DNA of 64,000 nucleotides from NCBI RefSeq assembly GCF_009914755.1, contig NC_060925.1; one strand, 5' to 3'. Below are positions 59,817 through 64,000 of this stretch, piece by piece. The notes beneath the pieces are model-generated. The model saw nothing but the letters and a program-made list of their open reading frames with translations. It did no database searches and was not told the DNA's origin. Origin of the DNA: the human T2T-CHM13v2.0 reference genome, Homo sapiens. The translations under genes and the position numbers were made by a program. Every line of letters starts with the position of its first letter. The stretch's first letter is position 1.

Positions 59817-62800
59817 AGTAACTTCCTTGTGTTGTGTGTATTCAACTCACAGAGTTGAAGGATCCTTTACAGAGAGCAGGCTTGAAACACTCTTTTTGTC
59901 GAATTTGCAAGTGGAGATTTCAGCCGCTTTGAGGTCAATGGTAGAATAGGAAATATCTTCTTATAGAAACTAGACAGAATGATTCTCATAAACTCCTTTG
60001 TGATGTGTGCGTTCAACTCACAGAGTTTAACCTTTCTTTTCATAGAGCAGTTAGGAAACACTCTGTTTGTAAAGTCTGCAAGTGGATATTCAGACCTCCT
60101 TGAGGCCTTCGTTGGAAACGGGATTTCTTCATATTCTGCTAGACAGAAGAATTCTCAGTAACTTCCTTGTGTTGTGTTTATTCAACTCACAGAGTTGAAT
60201 GATCCTTTACACAGAGGAGACTTGAAACACTCTTTTTGTGGAATTTGCAAGTGGAGATTTCAGCCGCTTTGAAGTCAATGGTAGAAAAGTAAATATCTTC
60301 GTATAAAGACTGGACAGAATGATTCTCAGAAACTCCTTTGTGATGTGTGCGTTCAACTCACAGAGTTTAACCTTTCTGTTCATAGAGCAGTTAGGAAACA
60401 CTCTGTTTGTAAAGTCTGTAAGTGGATATTCTGACATCTTGTGGCCTTCGTTGGAAACGGGATTTCTTCATATTCTGCTAGACAGAAGAATTCTCAGTAA
60501 CTTCCTTGTGTTGTGTGTATTCAACTCACAGAGTTGAACGATCCTTTACACAGAGCATACTTGAAACACTCTATTTGTAGAATTTGCAAGTGGAGATTTC
60601 AGCCGCTTTGAGGTCAATAGTAGAAAAGGAAATATCTTCGTAGAAAAACTAGACAGAATGATTCTCAGAAACTCCTTTGTGATGTGTGTGTTCAACTCAC
60701 AGAGTTTAACGTTTCTTTTCATAGAGCAGTTAGTAAACACTCTGTTTATAAAGTCTGCAAGTGGATATTCAGACCCCTTTGAGGCCTTCGTTGGAAACGG
60801 GATTTCTTCATATTATGCTAGACAGAAGAATTCTCAGTAACTTCCTTGTGTTGTGTGTATTCAACTGACAGAGTTGAACTTTCATTTAGAGAGAGCAGAT
60901 TTGAAACACTGTTTTTGTGGAATTTGCAAGTGGAGATTTCAAGCGCTTTGGGGCCAAAGGCAAAAAAGGAAATATCTTCGTATAAAAACTAGACAGAATC
61001 ATTCTCAGAAACTGCTGCGTGATGTGTGCGTTCAACTCTCAGAGTTTAACTTTTCTTTTCATTCAGCGGTTTGGAAACACTCTGTTTGTAAAGTCTGCAC
61101 GTGGAAATTTTGACCACTTAGAGGCCTTCGTTGGAAACGGGTTTTTTTCATGTAAGGCTAGACAGAAGAATTCCCAGTAACTTCCTTGTGTTGTGTGCAT
61201 TCAACTCACAGAGTTGAACGTTCCCTTAGACAGAGCAGATTTGAAACACTCTATTTGTGCAATTTGCAAGTGTAGTTTTCAAGCTCTTTAAGGTCAACGG
61301 CAGAAAAGGAAATATCTTGGTTTCAAAACTAGACAGAATCATTCCCACAAACTGCGTTGTGATGTGTTCGTTCAACTCACAGAGTTTAACCTTTCTGTTC
61401 ATAGAGCAGTTAGGAAACACTCTGTTTGTAAAGTCTGTAAGTGGATATTCAGACATCTTGTGGCCTTCGTTGGAAACGGGATTTCTTCATATTCTGCTAG
61501 ACAGAAGAATTCTCAGTAACTTCCTTGTGTTGTGTGTATTCAACTCACAGAGTTGAACGATCCTTTACACAGAGCAGACTTGAAACATTCTTTTTGTGGA
61601 ATTTGCAAGTGGAGATTTCAGCCGCTTTGAGGTCAATGGTAGAATAGGAAATATCTTCCTATAGAAACTAGACAGAACGATTCTCAGAAACTCCTTTGTG
61701 ATGTGTGCGTTCAACTCACAGAGTTTAACCTTTCTTTTCATAGAGCAGTTAGGAAACACTCTGTTTGTAAAGTCTGCAAGTGGATATTCAGACCTCTTTG
61801 AGGCCTTCGTTGTAAACGGGATTTCTTCATATTCTGCTAGACAGAAGAATTCTCAGTAACTTCCTTGTGTTGTGTGTATTCAACTCACAGAGTTGAACGA
61901 TCCTTTACACAGAGCAGACTTGAAACACTCTTTTTGTGGAATTTGCAAGTGGAGATTTCAGCCGCTTTGTGGTCAATGGTAGAAAAGGAAATATCTTCGT
62001 ATAAAGACTAGACAGAATGATTCTCAGAAACTCCTTTGTGATGTGTGCGTTCAACTCACAGAGTTTAACCTTTCTGTTCATAGAGCAGTTAGGAAACACT
62101 CTGTTTGTAAAGTCTGCAAGTGGATATTCAGACCTCTTTGAGGCCTTCGTTGGAAACGGGATTTCTTCATATTATGCTAGACAGAAGAATTCTCAGTAAC
62201 TTCCTTGTGTTGTGTGTATTCAACTCACAGAGTTGAAAGATCCTTTACACAGAGCAGACTAGAAACATTCTTTTTGTGGAATTTGCAAGTGGAGATTTCA
62301 GCCGCTTTGAGGTCAATGGTAGAATAGGAAATATCTTCCTATAGAAACTAGACAGAACGATTCTCAGAAACTCCTTTGTGATGTGTGCGTTCAACTCACA
62401 GAGTTTAACCTTTCTTTTCATAGAGCAGTTAGGAAACACTCTGTTTGTAAAGTCTGCAAGTGGATATTCAGACCTCTTTGAGGCTTTCGTTGGAAACGGG
62501 ATTTCTTCCTATTCTGCTAGACAGAAGAATTCTCAGTAACTTCCTTGTGTTGTGTGTATTCAACTCACAGAGTTGAACGATCCTTTACACAGAGCAGACT
62601 TGAAACACTCTTTTTGTGAAATTTGCAAGTGGAGATTTCAGCCGCTTTGAGGTCAATAGTAGAAAAGGAAATATCTTCGTAGAAAAACTAGACAGAATGA
62701 TTCTCAGAAACTCCTTTGTGATGTGTGTGTTCAACTCACAGAGTTTAACCTTTCTTTTCATAGAGCAGTTAGTAAACACTCTGTTTATAAAGTCTGCAAG

Positions 62801-64000
62801 TGGATATTTAGACCCCTTTGAGGCCTTCGGTGGAAACGGGATTTCTTCATATTATGCTAGACAGAAGAATTCTCAGTAACTTCCTTGTGTTGTGTGTATT
62901 CAACTGACAGAGTTGAACTTTCATTTAGAGAGAGCAGATTTGAAACACTGTTTTTGTGGAATTTGCAAGTGGAGATTTCAAGCGCTTTGGGGCCAAAGGC
63001 AGAAAAGGAAATATCTTCGTATAAAAACTAGACAGAATCATTCTCAGAAACTGCTGCGTGATGTGTGCGTTCAACTCTCAGAGTTTAACTTTTCTTTTCA
63101 TTCAGCGGTTTGGAAACACTCTGTTTGTAAAGTCTGCACGTGGATATTTTGACCACTTAGAGGCCTTCGTTGGAAACGGGTTTTTTTCATGTAAGGCTAG
63201 ACAGAAGAATTCCCAGTAACTTCCTTGTGTTGTGTGCATTCAACTCACAGAGTTGAACGTTCCCTTAGACAGAGCAGATTTGAAACACTCTATTTGTGCA
63301 ATTTGCAAGTGTAGATTTCAGGCGCTTTAAGGTCAACGGCAGAAAAGGAAATATCTTCGTTTCAAAACTAGACAGAATCATTCCCACAAACTGCGTTGTG
63401 ATGTGTTCGTTCAACTCACAGAGTTTAACCTTTCTGTTCATAGAGCAGTTAGGAAACACTCTGTTTGTAAAGTCTGTAAGTGGATATTCTGACATCTTGT
63501 GGCCTTCGTTGGAAACGGGATTTCTTCATATTCTGCTAGACAGAAGAATTCTCAGTAACTTCCTTGTGTTGTGTGTATTCAACTCACAGAGTTGAACGAT
63601 CCTTTACACAGAGCAGACTTGAAACACTCTTTTTGTGGAATTTGCAAGTGGAGATTTCAGCCGCTTTGAGGTCAATGGTAGAAAAGGAAACTATCTTCAT
63701 ATAAAGACTAGACAGAATGATTCTCAGAAAATCTTTTGTGATGTGTGCGTTCAACTCACAGAGTTTAACTTTTCTTCTCATAGAGCAGTTAGGAAACACT
63801 CTGTTTGTAAAGTCTGCAAGTGGATATTCAGACCTCTTTGAGGCCTTCGTTGGAAACGGGATTTCTTCATATTATGCTAGACAGAATAATTCTCAGTAAC
63901 TTCCTTGTGTTGTGTGTATTCAACTCACAGAGTTGAAGGATCCTTTACAGAGAGCAGGCTTGAAACACTCTTTTTGTCGAATTTGCAAGTGGAGATTTCA

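Larger units (their letters stand above)
1..64000 (+). repeat. Centromeric alpha-satellite array, SF1 (J1/J2) 340-bp dimeric type; about 188 dimers, head-to-tail, single orientation; most similar to D1Z7/D5Z2/D19Z3 (chr1/5/19)
   Basis: AGTAACTTCCTTGTGTTGTG recurs at 1, 341, 681, 1021 ... 63895. Each 340-bp unit has two related halves of about 170 bp (both contain TTCAACTCACAGAGTT, GAAACACTCT, TGCAAGTGGA, CTAGACAGAA). A CENP-B box occurs in every second monomer and GAATTC once per dimer. The family call is from sequence recognition, not a database search. Confidence 0.98.

Noticed and set aside
51-63899. Hundreds of 60-124 aa ORFs on both strands (MFPNCSMKRKV..., MILRNSFVMC..., MCIQLTELNF...)
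   Set aside because: They are translations of the satellite unit recurring every 340 bp, mostly from non-ATG starts. They overlap in several frames, are freely broken by stops and frameshifts, and show no recognisable domain.
1-64000. CRISPR-like or diversity-generating repeat cassette
   Set aside because: There are no unique spacers, since the entire unit is repeated, and no cas, recombinase or reverse transcriptase genes. The variation fits ordinary satellite turnover.
1-64000. L1/Alu insertion, inversion, array edge or non-satellite island
   Set aside because: The 340-bp register and + strand CENP-B boxes continue throughout with only -26 bp net drift, leaving no room for an insertion or strand switch.
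1-64000. Locating the kinetochore (CENP-A domain / hypomethylated dip) or assigning a definite chromosome
   Set aside because: These need methylation, chromatin or alignment data. The chr1/5/19 arrays are too similar to separate confidently by eye.

Overview
The whole 64-kb window is one uninterrupted, single-orientation array of primate (almost certainly human) centromeric alpha satellite. It holds about 188 copies of a 340-bp dimer (about 376 monomers of about 170 bp), with a CENP-B box (CTTCGTTGGAAACGGGA) and usually one EcoRI site per dimer. This is the suprachromosomal family 1 (J1/J2) dimeric pattern and best resembles the live D1Z7/D5Z2/D19Z3 array shared by chromosomes 1, 5 and 19. 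I saw no genes, RNA genes, transposon insertions or inversions, and all listed ORFs are repeat artefacts. Reading diagnostic variants by eye, the dimers fall into eight types that I label A-H. The full order A-B-C-D-E-F-G-H is a 2,720-bp 16-mer, but most units are deleted, expanded or hybrid variants of 4-22 monomers. The array also shows nested tandem duplications (about 4.4, 3.0 and 5.8 kb), dispersed copies, recurrent hybrid dimers, small indels and about 13 CENP-B boxes with a damaged core. I found no evidence of a new biological system; the interest lies in the recombination history recorded in the array. All typing was manual and should be confirmed computationally.
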